A stretch of DNA of 64,000 nucleotides. It comes from Patescibacteria group bacterium (GTDB lineage Bacteria > Patescibacteriota > Minisyncoccia > Phycocordibacterales > UBA918). This document shows, piece by piece, positions 1 to 8,860 of this stretch (position 1 is its first letter; every line of letters begins with the position of its first letter). The position numbers were made by a program, and so were the translations under genes. The stretch covers positions 42,333 through 106,332 of the forward strand of contig JBBTRC010000007.1 of assembly GCA_038065355.1 (NCBI GenBank), written 5' to 3'. Below the pieces are notes generated by a model. That model was not told the DNA's origin. It made no database searches and saw only the letters and a program-made list of their open reading frames with translations.

Positions 1-15
1 TAGCAAGTACGGAGT

Positions 16-909
16 TTATCTAATGCCGCTCTCGCAGGCTATGGTTAAGTCTGTGAAAGAGTCTTTGTTAACTTCAAACATATCGTAAGCGCAGTACGGC
101 AAAATATTGGCGGCCGCGGCCGAACGGATGGCGTACTCTCCGGGCGGCAGATCAACGGAGAATGTGCCGTCAGCTGCCGAACTGAACTCCTTGATGACCT
201 GCGACTGGTCGCTCGTCGTCACGACGAGTTTTGTTTGATAGGGTCGGTCGGCACACTGCGGGTCGGGCGGGTCAGAAACAACTGGACAGGTAGGTCCAAG
301 TAGTACGGTGCCTTTTATGCCGCTTCGGCCATCTGTTGTATTTTCTGCAAGGTCGGTGAAGGTTTCGGCAATCTGATCGATGATGACGTCGATAGCAAAC
401 GTTGCTCGTTCTGCTTCACAGGTTTTTCGCTCGACCCCGTCATAATTACCGCACTGTGTCACCTGCGTGCTGAAGGTGAGAATGACGGTGGAGTCGTCGT
501 GGGGAAACGCATACGCATACTGGGTGTAGATACTGCCTGCCGCACCCTCAACCACACTGGTGCGGCAATACTCGCGACTGCCTATGAGCCGACGTTCCGT
601 CCGGCCGGCTCGGACGGAGTCCTCGCCGGCCTCCACACAGGCAAAAGGTTCGCTGAGCACTTGCGCGTGCGGCGGCCAGTCAATCGCACGCTGGTATTTT
701 GTCGGCAACACTTCGGGGTAGCGAAAGGTAATTCTTTGGATGTAGTCGGAGTAGGTCAGCCAATCGTTATGTTCCTCGATGTCTGGCGGAGGGGGAACGG
801 TCGTTACTGAATCCTTTCCCCCGAGCCAATACACCGCCGCGGCCACAATGGCGGGGATTATTATAAAGATGACAACAAAACGCTTTTTCATAATGGAAGT
901 TTGTAGCAC
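16..909 (-). CDS. Hypothetical membrane-anchored extracytoplasmic protein. N-terminal TM helix followed by a PPPP linker and a Cys-containing ectodomain
   Basis: 297-aa ORF. N-terminus MKKRFVVIFIIIPAIVAAAVYWLGG is a signal-anchor. No recognisable catalytic motif. Confidence 0.45.
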   Translation of the reverse strand: MLQTSIMKKRFVVIFIIIPAIVAAAVYWLGGKDSVTTVPPPPDIEEHNDWLTYSDYIQRITFRYPEVLPTKYQRAIDWPPHAQVLSEPFACVEAGEDSVRAGRTERRLIGSREYCRTSVVEGAAGSIYTQYAYAFPHDDSTVILTFSTQVTQCGNYDGVERKTCEAERATFAIDVIIDQIAETFTDLAENTTDGRSGIKGTVLLGPTCPVVSDPPDPQCADRPYQTKLVVTTSDQSQVIKEFSSAADGTFSVDLPPGEYAIRSAAAANILPYCAYDMFEVNKDSFTDLTIACESGIR

Positions 910-1067
910 ATTATCTCAGTGTTACTGTAGCTCCGACGCAACAAATGCACAAGTCAAACCATTTAATTTTCTACACGAGTTTAATCCCAAAAACCTGTCA
1001 CATTTGAATCTTATGCGGACTATGTTACCCTCTTTGCAGACGTTTTTTAACTTGAGAGAGGTGAGTC

Positions 1068-1601
1068 ATGTACGCAAAGCGCGGACTGGAAGACCTGCAA
1101 CCAAACGGTATCTCTGCCAACAGCTTTGAAGAGTTGGCCGACATTGCGGTTGCCGATTTAAAGAGACAAGGCCGAAGCGGCATCGTGTGCGGCCCCATCA
1201 CGACCGGTGGCACGGGCGTGCAGAAATATAATTTCCAAATCTTCAACGCCACCATCAAAGGCCTAGAAACGAACGGCGTCGCCATGTTTAGCCAGATGCC
1301 CTATGAATTTGGCATTCGTCGGTTGACAGTGGAGTGGCACAAACACAACTCCGGCTACTGCGAGCCGATTCTTGAAGTCTTTTACGCCGCATTGCTTGAG
1401 AGCGGACTGATTGACTCCGGACATTTTCTGCCGGGGTGGGCGTCTTCTTATGGGGCACGCTACGAACGAGAGAAACTGGCCACACTCAAAGTGCCAATTC
1501 TTGACGTAGATTTCGAGACGCTCACTGGTTTTGTCGAAGATGAGCACGGCGCTACGCACGCCAAGCACGTGCTTTCGCTTCTGCGACAAAATTGCACCTG
1601 A
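1068..1601 (+). CDS. Hypothetical protein, possibly a nucleoside 2-deoxyribosyltransferase-like (DUF4406-type) fold
   Basis: 177-aa ORF with SD AGAGGTGA upstream. GIVCGPITTGG...YNF...NP pattern resembles the DUF4406/deoxyribosyltransferase N-terminus; weak. Confidence 0.4.
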   Translation: MYAKRGLEDLQPNGISANSFEELADIAVADLKRQGRSGIVCGPITTGGTGVQKYNFQIFNATIKGLETNGVAMFSQMPYEFGIRRLTVEWHKHNSGYCEPILEVFYAALLESGLIDSGHFLPGWASSYGARYEREKLATLKVPILDVDFETLTGFVEDEHGATHAKHVLSLLRQNCT

Positions 1602-1613
1602 CAACGAATATAC

Positions 1614-1642
1614 GAAAGAGCGTCTCGCGACGCTCTTTTTTC
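1614..1642 (+). terminator. Rho-independent terminator after 1068..1601 gene
   Basis: 9-bp stem AAGAGCGTC/GACGCTCTT followed by TTTTTT. Confidence 0.6.
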
Positions 1643-1723
1643 GTGAACTTGACTTCCCATACTTACAATGTACTGTAGTGGCGATTAGCTCTTTACCATA
1701 ACAACAACTCGAAAGGAGATCCC

Positions 1724-3145
1724 GTGGACGCAAAACAAGCTCTTTATCATGCCTCGGAAATGTGGCACAAATTGGCCATCCCGACGTTAGTGGAGTACAT
1801 CAAAATTCCCAACACATCTTCCGATTTCGATCCGAAGTGGAAAGAGAACGGCCACATGGATAAAGTTGTCGACCTCTTCATGACGTGGGCGAAAGATCAA
1901 CCGATTCCCGGCCTTGTTGTCGAACGGTTTGACCTGCCGGAGCGTACCCCGATTATTTTTATGGAAATTCCTCCCTCCGGGGAGGACGTCGGCACAGTCT
2001 TACTCTACGGCCACCTCGACAAACAGCCGGAAATGACCGGTTGGCGAGAGGGGCTCGGTCCGTGGCAACCGGTTCTCGAGGGAGACCGCCTCTATGGGCG
2101 TGGCGGCGCTGACGATGGCTACGCTATGTTTGCGTCGCTCATCGCGGTGCGATTGCTGCTCGAGCAAGGATTACCGCATAGCCGGATTGTGATCATCATC
2201 GAAGCCTCGGAAGAAAGCGGCAGTCCAGACTTGCCGGCGCACGTCGAAGCAATCAAAGATCGCATCGGCGATGTCGAGCTCGTCATTTGCCTTGATTCCG
2301 GTTGCGGCGACTATGAGCGGCTGTGGCAAACGACCTCACTTCGCGGCGTCTGCACCGGAGATCTCACCGTCAAAGTCTTGACGGAAGGTGTACATTCTGG
2401 CGACGCCGGCGGCATTGTCCCCGACAGCGCGCTGTTGGCTTTTTCTCAAATAATGCGGGTGTGCAGATCCACTGGTTTAATCCATCATCAAGAATTCTAT
2501 GTGGATATACCAGCGGATAGGCGAAGACAAGCCAAGGAAACAGGGGAAATATTAGGGAATGCTGTGTATGACAAATTTCCCTGGGTACCAGGCTGTCACC
2601 CTTCTTCCAGACTTGTTCCAGAAGAATTGATCCTTCGTCGCACTTGGTGCCCAACACTCACCCATATTGGTGTAGACGGATTCCCGTCTACGCTCGCTGA
2701 AGCTGGCAACGTCATGCGGCCATACACGACGCTACGACTTTCAGTGCGGACGCCGCCGACTTTGGATGCCAAAAAAGCGCTTGGCATCCTGCAACAGGTA
2801 CTTGGTAAAACTTTACCCGAAGAGACTGAGGCGCAGATCACATTCACTCCCGGCCATGCCGCGAATGGTTGGAATGCACCACCCACAGTTCCATGGCTCG
2901 AAGAAAGCATCAACGACGCTTCACTGAAATTCTTCGGAAAACCAGCGGCGGCGATGGGGGAGGGCGGGACTATTCCGTTCATGGGCATGCTAGGCGAACA
3001 GTTTCCTGAAGCCTGGTTCCTTGTCACCGGCGTGCTCGGTCGCGAATCAAACGCGCACGGTCCGAACGAGTTCTTGCACATTCCGACCGCGATCAATCTC
3101 ACGGCCTGCGTGGCGAAAGTATTGACCGACCACGCCAGTCGCTAA
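1724..3145 (+). CDS. M20 family metallopeptidase (dipeptidase, ArgE/DapE/Dug1-like)
   Basis: 473 aa. Motifs LLYGHLDKQP, GRGGADDGY and EASEESGSPDL are typical of the M20 dimetallo site. Confidence 0.8.
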   Translation: MDAKQALYHASEMWHKLAIPTLVEYIKIPNTSSDFDPKWKENGHMDKVVDLFMTWAKDQPIPGLVVERFDLPERTPIIFMEIPPSGEDVGTVLLYGHLDKQPEMTGWREGLGPWQPVLEGDRLYGRGGADDGYAMFASLIAVRLLLEQGLPHSRIVIIIEASEESGSPDLPAHVEAIKDRIGDVELVICLDSGCGDYERLWQTTSLRGVCTGDLTVKVLTEGVHSGDAGGIVPDSALLAFSQIMRVCRSTGLIHHQEFYVDIPADRRRQAKETGEILGNAVYDKFPWVPGCHPSSRLVPEELILRRTWCPTLTHIGVDGFPSTLAEAGNVMRPYTTLRLSVRTPPTLDAKKALGILQQVLGKTLPEETEAQITFTPGHAANGWNAPPTVPWLEESINDASLKFFGKPAAAMGEGGTIPFMGMLGEQFPEAWFLVTGVLGRESNAHGPNEFLHIPTAINLTACVAKVLTDHASR

Positions 3146-3166
3146 TTTGATTAGCGTCAATCGGCA

Positions 3167-3200
3167 ACCGCCGGAACCTTAGGGTTCCGGCGATTTTTTT
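3167..3200 (+). terminator. Rho-independent terminator after M20 peptidase
   Basis: 10-bp stem CGCCGGAACC/GGTTCCGGCG, TTAG loop, then ATTTTTTT. Confidence 0.65.
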
Positions 3201-3219
3201 ACGAAATTTTAGTCCGATT

Positions 3220-5244
3220 TTACAAAGGTTTTAAAAATGTCGCGGCGCTCCAGCCGTCACTGCCAGTGTCGTAATCGACCTTCCACCAAGTGTAGCCGTT
3301 TGCAGTGACTGGCCCCTCTACAAGTGTGCCACTAGCGCCTGTTGCTTGCGTCCCTGTCACACTGCCACTGGCACTACTGCGCACGTTGAGCGGCCCTAAG
3401 GCCACCACCACCCGACTATTTTGCGTGAAGGTGCTCGCCGCTGTCGGCGTGACCACTGTACTAGCGCTCGCGAGAAACGACCCGGCGCACCAGCCGTCGG
3501 GGCCGTCCTTAAAGTCGACTTTCCACCAGGTGTAGCCATTGGCTACTACCGGTCCACCGACGATAACACCTGTCGCACTGGTTGGTTGGGTTCCAAGCAC
3601 TCCGCCCCCGGCGCTGCTACGGATATTGAGCGGCCCGTCAGTCACTACCGCGCTGCTGCCGGACGAAAGTTCCGACACTGGAGTGACGGCGGGTACCGAA
3701 GTGCCGACTGAGGCAAGCGCAGTGAGTTGCGTATAAAAAGCGGCGTTTCCACTGTTCACGGCTGAATCAAGCGAATTTTTGGCCGGAAAGTTTGTCGACT
3801 TGGTGATACCGCCGAGCGCAATAATGCCGTTTTCGCTCGCGAACGAGGCGCGCGCGGAGTCTGTTCCGCCGCCGCCCACGAAGCTACCGTAGGTCACTTT
3901 GGTCAGGTCGCGATTGAGTTTGACGATAAATGCATCCGACGCTCCGCCGATACTGGTATCGAGAGCATCTTTGGTGACGGGGAAGTTAGGTGAGCCGGTG
4001 TTGCCCGAGATCACTATTTCGCCGGTCGTTTCGAGAAAGGTAGTTCCTTCGCCTTCGTCACGTTTAGTGCCGCCGACGTACGTAGAGGCGACCAACGTCC
4101 GACCGTCTGGAGAAAGCTTGGCAACGTAAGCATCTCCCGTTCCGTTGTTTGCACTTTGGAAAGTGCGTTGAAGGGCTCCTTTGGTGGTGGGAAAGTTGCT
4201 CGAGGTGGTGTAGCCAGTCACATAGGCGTAGCCGAGTGCGTCGACCGCCATTGAATGTGTTTCAAGATCTTCGACCCCAGTACCGCCGAGGTACGTCGCA
4301 TAGAGCAGTTTGCCATTTGCGTTGAATTTTGCGACGACGGTGTCAGCATTACCAGCACGTTTTGTTTGGTACGCGCCAGCGGTAACCGGAAAGTCGTCGG
4401 CATCACTCACGCTGGCGAAGTACACGTCGCCGGTTGGGGCCACCCGAATAGTTGGTTTGCCGGAGTTTTGTCCACTGCCTGAAATGTACGTTGCGTAAAG
4501 AATCTTTGTACCATCGGATGAGAGCTTGGCGTAAATAGTGTTTTGTCCGCCTGGGTGTTTCTTTTGAGCAGCATCAGCCGTAATGAATGAGACTGCGGTA
4601 CTCGATTGGCCAATCGCCAAATGAACCACGTCGTTCTTATCAATATCAATATCTCGGACTACGGTCTGGCGCGCTTCGCCAATATACGTAGACCATTTGA
4701 GCGTACCGGTCGAAGAAAATTTGGCCACAAATCCATTTTGCAAACCGTAGGCGCCGAGCGTGGAGTCGCTGTTGTTTATGAAGTTTTTTTGCGTGACTCC
4801 GGCGGTGGTGGGGAATTGTTCACCGGCTCGGCCGGCGACGTAGACATCACCATGAGGGCCGAGTTCGAGCGCATAGGCGCGATCGTAGTTTGGCCCGCCG
4901 AGGAGCGTAGACCATACTAAGTCGCCCTTCGAGTCAAATTTCATGAGGAAAACGTCCATCGGGCCGTTGGTGCCGAGGGATTTGCCACTGGTACCAAAAG
5001 TGCGGTCGTAAGCTCCGACGGTGGTCGGAAAGTCTGCCGACGCTGTACCCCCGGTTACGTAGATATTGCCTTTCGCATCAATCTCAATATCGCGTGCCTG
5101 CTCCGCGTCGGTTTTAAAGGTGCTCGTACCGTCGAGAATACTGCTACTCTTGAGCGAGTAGCTGGCCAAAGCGTGGAGCGGACTGGCGCTCATAAGAAAT
5201 GCCGTCACGAGGAGGAAAGTAGCGATATTTTTCATACTGTTCAT
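3220..5244 (-). CDS. Secreted beta-propeller repeat (SBBP-type) protein with two C-terminal SH3b-like domains
   Basis: Signal peptide MNSMKNIATFLLVTAFLMSASPLHA. Multiple repeats ending in DFPTT/NFPVT/NFPTTKGA (SBBP hallmark). C-terminus has two copies of LN(I/V)RS...GYTWWKVD(F/Y)..G.DGW, which is the SH3_3 pattern. Start trimmed from the ORF maximum (5325) to the Met preceding the signal peptide. Confidence 0.7.
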   Translation of the reverse strand: MNSMKNIATFLLVTAFLMSASPLHALASYSLKSSSILDGTSTFKTDAEQARDIEIDAKGNIYVTGGTASADFPTTVGAYDRTFGTSGKSLGTNGPMDVFLMKFDSKGDLVWSTLLGGPNYDRAYALELGPHGDVYVAGRAGEQFPTTAGVTQKNFINNSDSTLGAYGLQNGFVAKFSSTGTLKWSTYIGEARQTVVRDIDIDKNDVVHLAIGQSSTAVSFITADAAQKKHPGGQNTIYAKLSSDGTKILYATYISGSGQNSGKPTIRVAPTGDVYFASVSDADDFPVTAGAYQTKRAGNADTVVAKFNANGKLLYATYLGGTGVEDLETHSMAVDALGYAYVTGYTTSSNFPTTKGALQRTFQSANNGTGDAYVAKLSPDGRTLVASTYVGGTKRDEGEGTTFLETTGEIVISGNTGSPNFPVTKDALDTSIGGASDAFIVKLNRDLTKVTYGSFVGGGGTDSARASFASENGIIALGGITKSTNFPAKNSLDSAVNSGNAAFYTQLTALASVGTSVPAVTPVSELSSGSSAVVTDGPLNIRSSAGGGVLGTQPTSATGVIVGGPVVANGYTWWKVDFKDGPDGWCAGSFLASASTVVTPTAASTFTQNSRVVVALGPLNVRSSASGSVTGTQATGASGTLVEGPVTANGYTWWKVDYDTGSDGWSAATFLKPL

Positions 5245-5318
5245 TTTGTCCAATAAAATAAGGGTTATAAGTAAGCCCATACTCTTAATAGCAAATATAC
5301 CATACATTGTGGATAAAC

Positions 5319-5347
5319 TTGACATTTATACTAAAGTGGTGTATCAT
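5319..5347 (+). promoter_or_regulatory. Sigma-70-like promoter TTGACA-17-TATCAT
   Basis: Consensus -35 at 5319-5324 and -10 at 5342-5347, 17-nt spacer, immediately upstream of the small ORF at 5374. Confidence 0.5.
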
Positions 5348-5373
5348 GAGAGGAGGTAAACAGAGGGCTTGAT

Positions 5374-5478
5374 ATGCCAACGAAAACCGACTGGGTAACT
5401 GATTCAAAACGCCTCAACCGGAACGTTTGGCTAGTCGCCATCGCGTTCCTTCTCTTGCTGGCAATTTTTAGCCAGTAA
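5374..5478 (+). CDS. Small single-TM peptide (34 aa). Not in the ORF track because it is too short
   Basis: ATG preceded by GAGGG. Sequence MPTKTDWVTDSKRLNRNVWLVAIAFLLLLAIFSQ has a charged N-terminus and one hydrophobic helix. Flanked by its own promoter and terminator. Confidence 0.4.
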   Translation: MPTKTDWVTDSKRLNRNVWLVAIAFLLLLAIFSQ

Positions 5479-5517
5479 CCGCCTAAAGGGGAAACCTCCT
5501 TCGGGCGGTTTTCTTTT
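5479..5517 (+). terminator. Rho-independent terminator after the small peptide gene
   Basis: Hairpin CCGCC...AAGGGG/CTCCTT...GGGCGG followed by TTTTCTTTTT. Confidence 0.6.
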
Positions 5518-5525
5518 TGCCTACC

Positions 5526-7031
5526 TCACACAATTTTTTTGCGAGTGAGGTGTTCGGTGTAGACACTTTCTTTACGCAGAGAGTAAGAAAGTAGGTACGA
5601 GGTGAACGCGGCAACGATGACGGCGGGCACGATTAGGCCTTCGCCGGTGATTTCAAACATGATAAATAGTGCCGTAAATGGTGCGTGTGTAATGCCAGCA
5701 AAGACCGCGGCCATACCAACCAAGGCAAAGGTAGTGATACTATCAGCGGTACCAAAACCAAATGACCCGAGCGTAAGCGCAAAACTATTTCCGAGCAAGG
5801 TGCCGATGAGGAGCGCGGGAGCGAAGACACCACCTGATCCGCCTGAACCAAGCGTGATGCCGGTCGCGAACATTTTTGCAAAGAGTAACAGCACCATAAA
5901 TAGAAACGGCAGGGAGGATAGTGACAGCAGAGAACTCATGAGCGGGTACGCAGTTGGTTCGTGAATGTAGGGAACGTAGAGTCCGATGAGACCAATCAGC
6001 AGGCCACCGATAGTCGGAGGAATGACGTGAGGCACACGCCAGTGGTGAAACAGGAGCGCCGATCGGTGCAAGATAAAACCAAATAGCAGTGAGATACCGG
6101 CCGCGACGATGCCAAGGACGAGACTAAGGAGTAGGGTTGTGAGGGTGGTGTCGATTTCGTGAGGGAGAGTGAACCGAAGTCCGGGGTAGCCAAGCATACG
6201 CTTGGTGGCCTCGGCCGAGGTAAAGGCGGCGATGATGAGTACCACCAGACTGGTGCGGTCAATTCGTTTTAAGATAAGTTCGGTACTGAATAAGATACCG
6301 GCGAGCGGCGCGCCAAAGGTACCGGCGATGCCCGCCGCCGCACCCGCTCCTAAAAGGAGGCGGGTGCGGCTCTCATCTTGCTTAAATAATTGCCCAATCG
6401 CCGAACCAATCGCCGATCCGATCTGCACGGTCGGCCCTTCGCGTCCGGCCGAACCGCCCGAACCAAGCGTGATGGCGGTGGTGAGGATTTTAATCGGCGC
6501 GATCAGGGCGCGTATTTTGCTGTGTCGGAAGGCGACCGCTTTCATCACTTCTGGCACACCCTCACCCTCGGCCTCGGTGAGTTTTATAAAGGTAAAAATC
6601 AGGCCGACGAGGAAGCCGCCGGCGGTGGGAATAAGCACGCGTTTCCAGTCGGGCAGGGAGGCGAGGTTGCTCGCAAAATCGGCGTCACTCGGAATCTGAA
6701 AAAATATCCAGGTGCTGAACTCAATAAGGAGGTGGAATATGGTCGCACCTATAGCGGCGACGATGCCAGTTGCGACCGCCAGTAGCAAAAGGCTTACGAT
6801 TCCGTGCCTGCTCCAAGTGGTAAATTGACCCATGCAGATACATTGTAGTACACCAATTTGGCGTCCGTTACAGAAAGCTGGTACAGCTCTTGCTCTAATC
6901 ATTACACGTGATACTATCGCCGTAGAAGTTAGAAAGGATATCACGATGAACCCTTTGACCCTTGATCCGCTGCCGACCACGGATGCGGAGTGGGAGGCGA
7001 CTGGGTTTTTTAGATTCAATTCCGTCGACAT
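5526..7031 (-). CDS. ClC family voltage-gated chloride channel / H+-Cl- antiporter
   Basis: GSGGSAGREGPTVQIGSAIG (GREGP selectivity motif), GxFAP motif and many TM helices. The true start is probably internal (e.g. the Met near 6902 or 6833), because the ORF maximum overlaps the divergent hydrolase gene. Confidence 0.75.
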   Translation of the reverse strand: MSTELNLKNPVASHSASVVGSGSRVKGFIVISFLTSTAIVSRVMIRARAVPAFCNGRQIGVLQCICMGQFTTWSRHGIVSLLLLAVATGIVAAIGATIFHLLIEFSTWIFFQIPSDADFASNLASLPDWKRVLIPTAGGFLVGLIFTFIKLTEAEGEGVPEVMKAVAFRHSKIRALIAPIKILTTAITLGSGGSAGREGPTVQIGSAIGSAIGQLFKQDESRTRLLLGAGAAAGIAGTFGAPLAGILFSTELILKRIDRTSLVVLIIAAFTSAEATKRMLGYPGLRFTLPHEIDTTLTTLLLSLVLGIVAAGISLLFGFILHRSALLFHHWRVPHVIPPTIGGLLIGLIGLYVPYIHEPTAYPLMSSLLSLSSLPFLFMVLLLFAKMFATGITLGSGGSGGVFAPALLIGTLLGNSFALTLGSFGFGTADSITTFALVGMAAVFAGITHAPFTALFIMFEITGEGLIVPAVIVAAFTSYLLSYSLRKESVYTEHLTRKKIV

Positions 7032-7800
7032 TCCGCAAAAAATAAGTTACGCACGCACAGTCGGAAACCATTCAACTCTGTTGGCTATGGTGGGCGGCAT
7101 ACCTCGTGACCCGAACAGGCGCGCTATCTTACCAGTAGTTCCTAAATTGTTTGGCCTGCTCGCGTATGAGCTTCAGTCCGAAGAGCACACCAGCCTGTTG
7201 TACCACCAGCCGGGCCTCGGTGCGTCGGGCGGGGACTTTGCTACCGAAACACTTGCCTCACGAGCGCGAACGCTCACTGAGCTTGTAAAGATCTTTGAAT
7301 GCGAGACAAAGTCGTCGCAAGCAATTATTTTTGGATCGAGTGCCGGCGCGTATATGGCATTACGCGCAGCTCGACGATTGCAGTTTGATGGGGCAGTCGT
7401 ACCAAAAGTGGTATTGTTGGCACCGCCAGCTTTTCCTCCGACGATCGACAGTGTGCCCTATGGCCCGGAATTCACGAAGATTGTACGGACTCCGTGGGAT
7501 TTTGCCACCGCACCGATCTTTGACGACTTAGTTGCGTATGTCGAATCTGGCGGATCGGTACTGGTAGTGTATGCCGAGTACGACGAAAACATTCCTCGAA
7601 AAATTCAACAACTGTATCAATCACATGTGGTGCGGTTGCGCGAGCAAGGGAAACCGGTTGCGTACTGGCGCATTCCCGGCGTGACACATTACCTCCGACC
7701 ACCTGATGGAACGGTAGGATACGCTGAATCAAACGACGGGTGCGTGAGAACGGTGGTGTCAAAATTGCGTGACTTCATCACTGGGAAGAATTCTTTCTAA
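6946..7800 (+). CDS. Alpha/beta-hydrolase fold protein
   Basis: Nucleophile elbow GSSAG (GxSxG). SD AAGGA 8 nt before the ATG at 6946. Start trimmed from the ORF maximum at 6832. Confidence 0.55.
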   Translation: MNPLTLDPLPTTDAEWEATGFFRFNSVDIPQKISYARTVGNHSTLLAMVGGIPRDPNRRAILPVVPKLFGLLAYELQSEEHTSLLYHQPGLGASGGDFATETLASRARTLTELVKIFECETKSSQAIIFGSSAGAYMALRAARRLQFDGAVVPKVVLLAPPAFPPTIDSVPYGPEFTKIVRTPWDFATAPIFDDLVAYVESGGSVLVVYAEYDENIPRKIQQLYQSHVVRLREQGKPVAYWRIPGVTHYLRPPDGTVGYAESNDGCVRTVVSKLRDFITGKNSF

Positions 7801-7801
7801 G

Positions 7802-7835
7802 CTCGGCCGCTTTGCGGCCGGGCATTTTTATTATT
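7802..7835 (+). terminator. Rho-independent terminator after hydrolase
   Basis: GC hairpin CGGCCGC-TTTG-GCGGCCG then ATTTTTATTATTTTT. Confidence 0.55.
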
Positions 7836-7909
7836 TTTAGCCATGAAAGCTGGGGATAGACAGTCCGTAGTATACTAATAGAGGTTATTAAATAAATAGG
7901 TAAGCGACC

Positions 7910-8218
7910 ATGTTAACGCTTTATTATAAGGAGACGTGTGTGCACAGCCGCCGAGTAATGCAAGTGGCAAAAGCGCTCAACGTTCCACTCGAGCTTAAAG
8001 ACATTTTTGCTGACGAAGCGACGCTCGCAGAGTTATTGGAAAAAGGTGGCAAAAAGCAGACACCTTTTTTGGTCGATGACGCCAAAAATGTTTCGATGTA
8101 CGAATCGGAGGACATCATCGACTATATCCGTGCCCACTATGCCAGCGCCTCGGCGGTCGCAACCGCGAAGCCTCGAATGCACATCAGCGACGCGGTCTGC
8201 GAATCGTGCGAGGGGTAA
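7910..8218 (+). CDS. Glutaredoxin/GST-N-like thioredoxin-fold protein (monothiol CxxS)
   Basis: MLTLYYKETCVHSRRV..., the CVHS motif near the N-terminus, and ...TPFLVDD... are typical of the Grx/GST_N fold. Confidence 0.5.
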   Translation: MLTLYYKETCVHSRRVMQVAKALNVPLELKDIFADEATLAELLEKGGKKQTPFLVDDAKNVSMYESEDIIDYIRAHYASASAVATAKPRMHISDAVCESCEG

Positions 8219-8221
8219 GAC

Positions 8222-8461
8222 ATGTATGTGAAAGTGCGGGTCTATCCCGGCATGAAAAAAGAAAAGGTAACTGAAATCGGCCCGCATCACTACGAGTGCA
8301 TCCTCAAGGCGCCGGCAAAGCGGAATCTCGCGAACGAACGCCTAAGGGAAATTATTGCTGATATCTACAAGGTGGCGCTACCGGCTGTGCGGATTGTCAC
8401 CGGGCACCGGTCTCCGAGTAAATTGCTTGAGGTCTCATTACCAACACATAAACCTAACTAA
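8222..8461 (+). CDS. DUF167 (YggU-like) family protein
   Basis: 79 aa. MYVKVRVYPGMKKEKV...ILKAPAKRNLANERLREIIADIYKV matches the YggU/UPF0235 pattern. Confidence 0.55.
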   Translation: MYVKVRVYPGMKKEKVTEIGPHHYECILKAPAKRNLANERLREIIADIYKVALPAVRIVTGHRSPSKLLEVSLPTHKPN

Positions 8462-8462
8462 T

Positions 8463-8831
8463 ATGACGTTTCCAACCATTATCTATAAATACAATGGTAT
8501 CTACAGTGGCGAGCAATTGGCAACGCTCACCGATCAAAAACTAGTTACGTTAGAAAAATTCATCAACGACGGAGTGATGGCCACTTGCGAAGTGGAGTTT
8601 GAGAAAGTGACCGCACAACAGCATGGCCAAATCTACCGCGTCGAAGCAAATCTTACCTTGGACGGCACCTTGTATCGGGCGGAAGCGGTGGAAGAAAGTT
8701 TCGAGAAAGCGATAGACGAAGTGCGGAATGAGCTTGATAAAGAATTACGACGGGCGAAAGACAAACAGACCTCGCTCTTAAAGCGAACTGGTCGGAAGAT
8801 CAAAGAGCAACTGCTCGGTTGGAGAAAGTAA
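8463..8831 (+). CDS. hpf: Ribosome hibernation promoting factor / RaiA (YfiA family)
   Basis: MTFPTIIYKYNGIYSGEQLATLTDQKLVTLEKFIN...YRVEANLTLDGTLYRAEAVEESFEKAIDEV shows the typical HPF beta-alpha-beta-beta-beta-alpha layout and conserved residues. Confidence 0.75.
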   Translation: MTFPTIIYKYNGIYSGEQLATLTDQKLVTLEKFINDGVMATCEVEFEKVTAQQHGQIYRVEANLTLDGTLYRAEAVEESFEKAIDEVRNELDKELRRAKDKQTSLLKRTGRKIKEQLLGWRK

Positions 8832-8860
8832 TGAAAACCGATCTCAAATTGAGGTGAGCT

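Noticed and set aside
1263-1733. 156-aa minus-strand ORF overlapping the 1068..1601 gene and its terminator
   Set aside because: It is antisense to a plus-strand ORF with good SD and terminator. No motif supports it.
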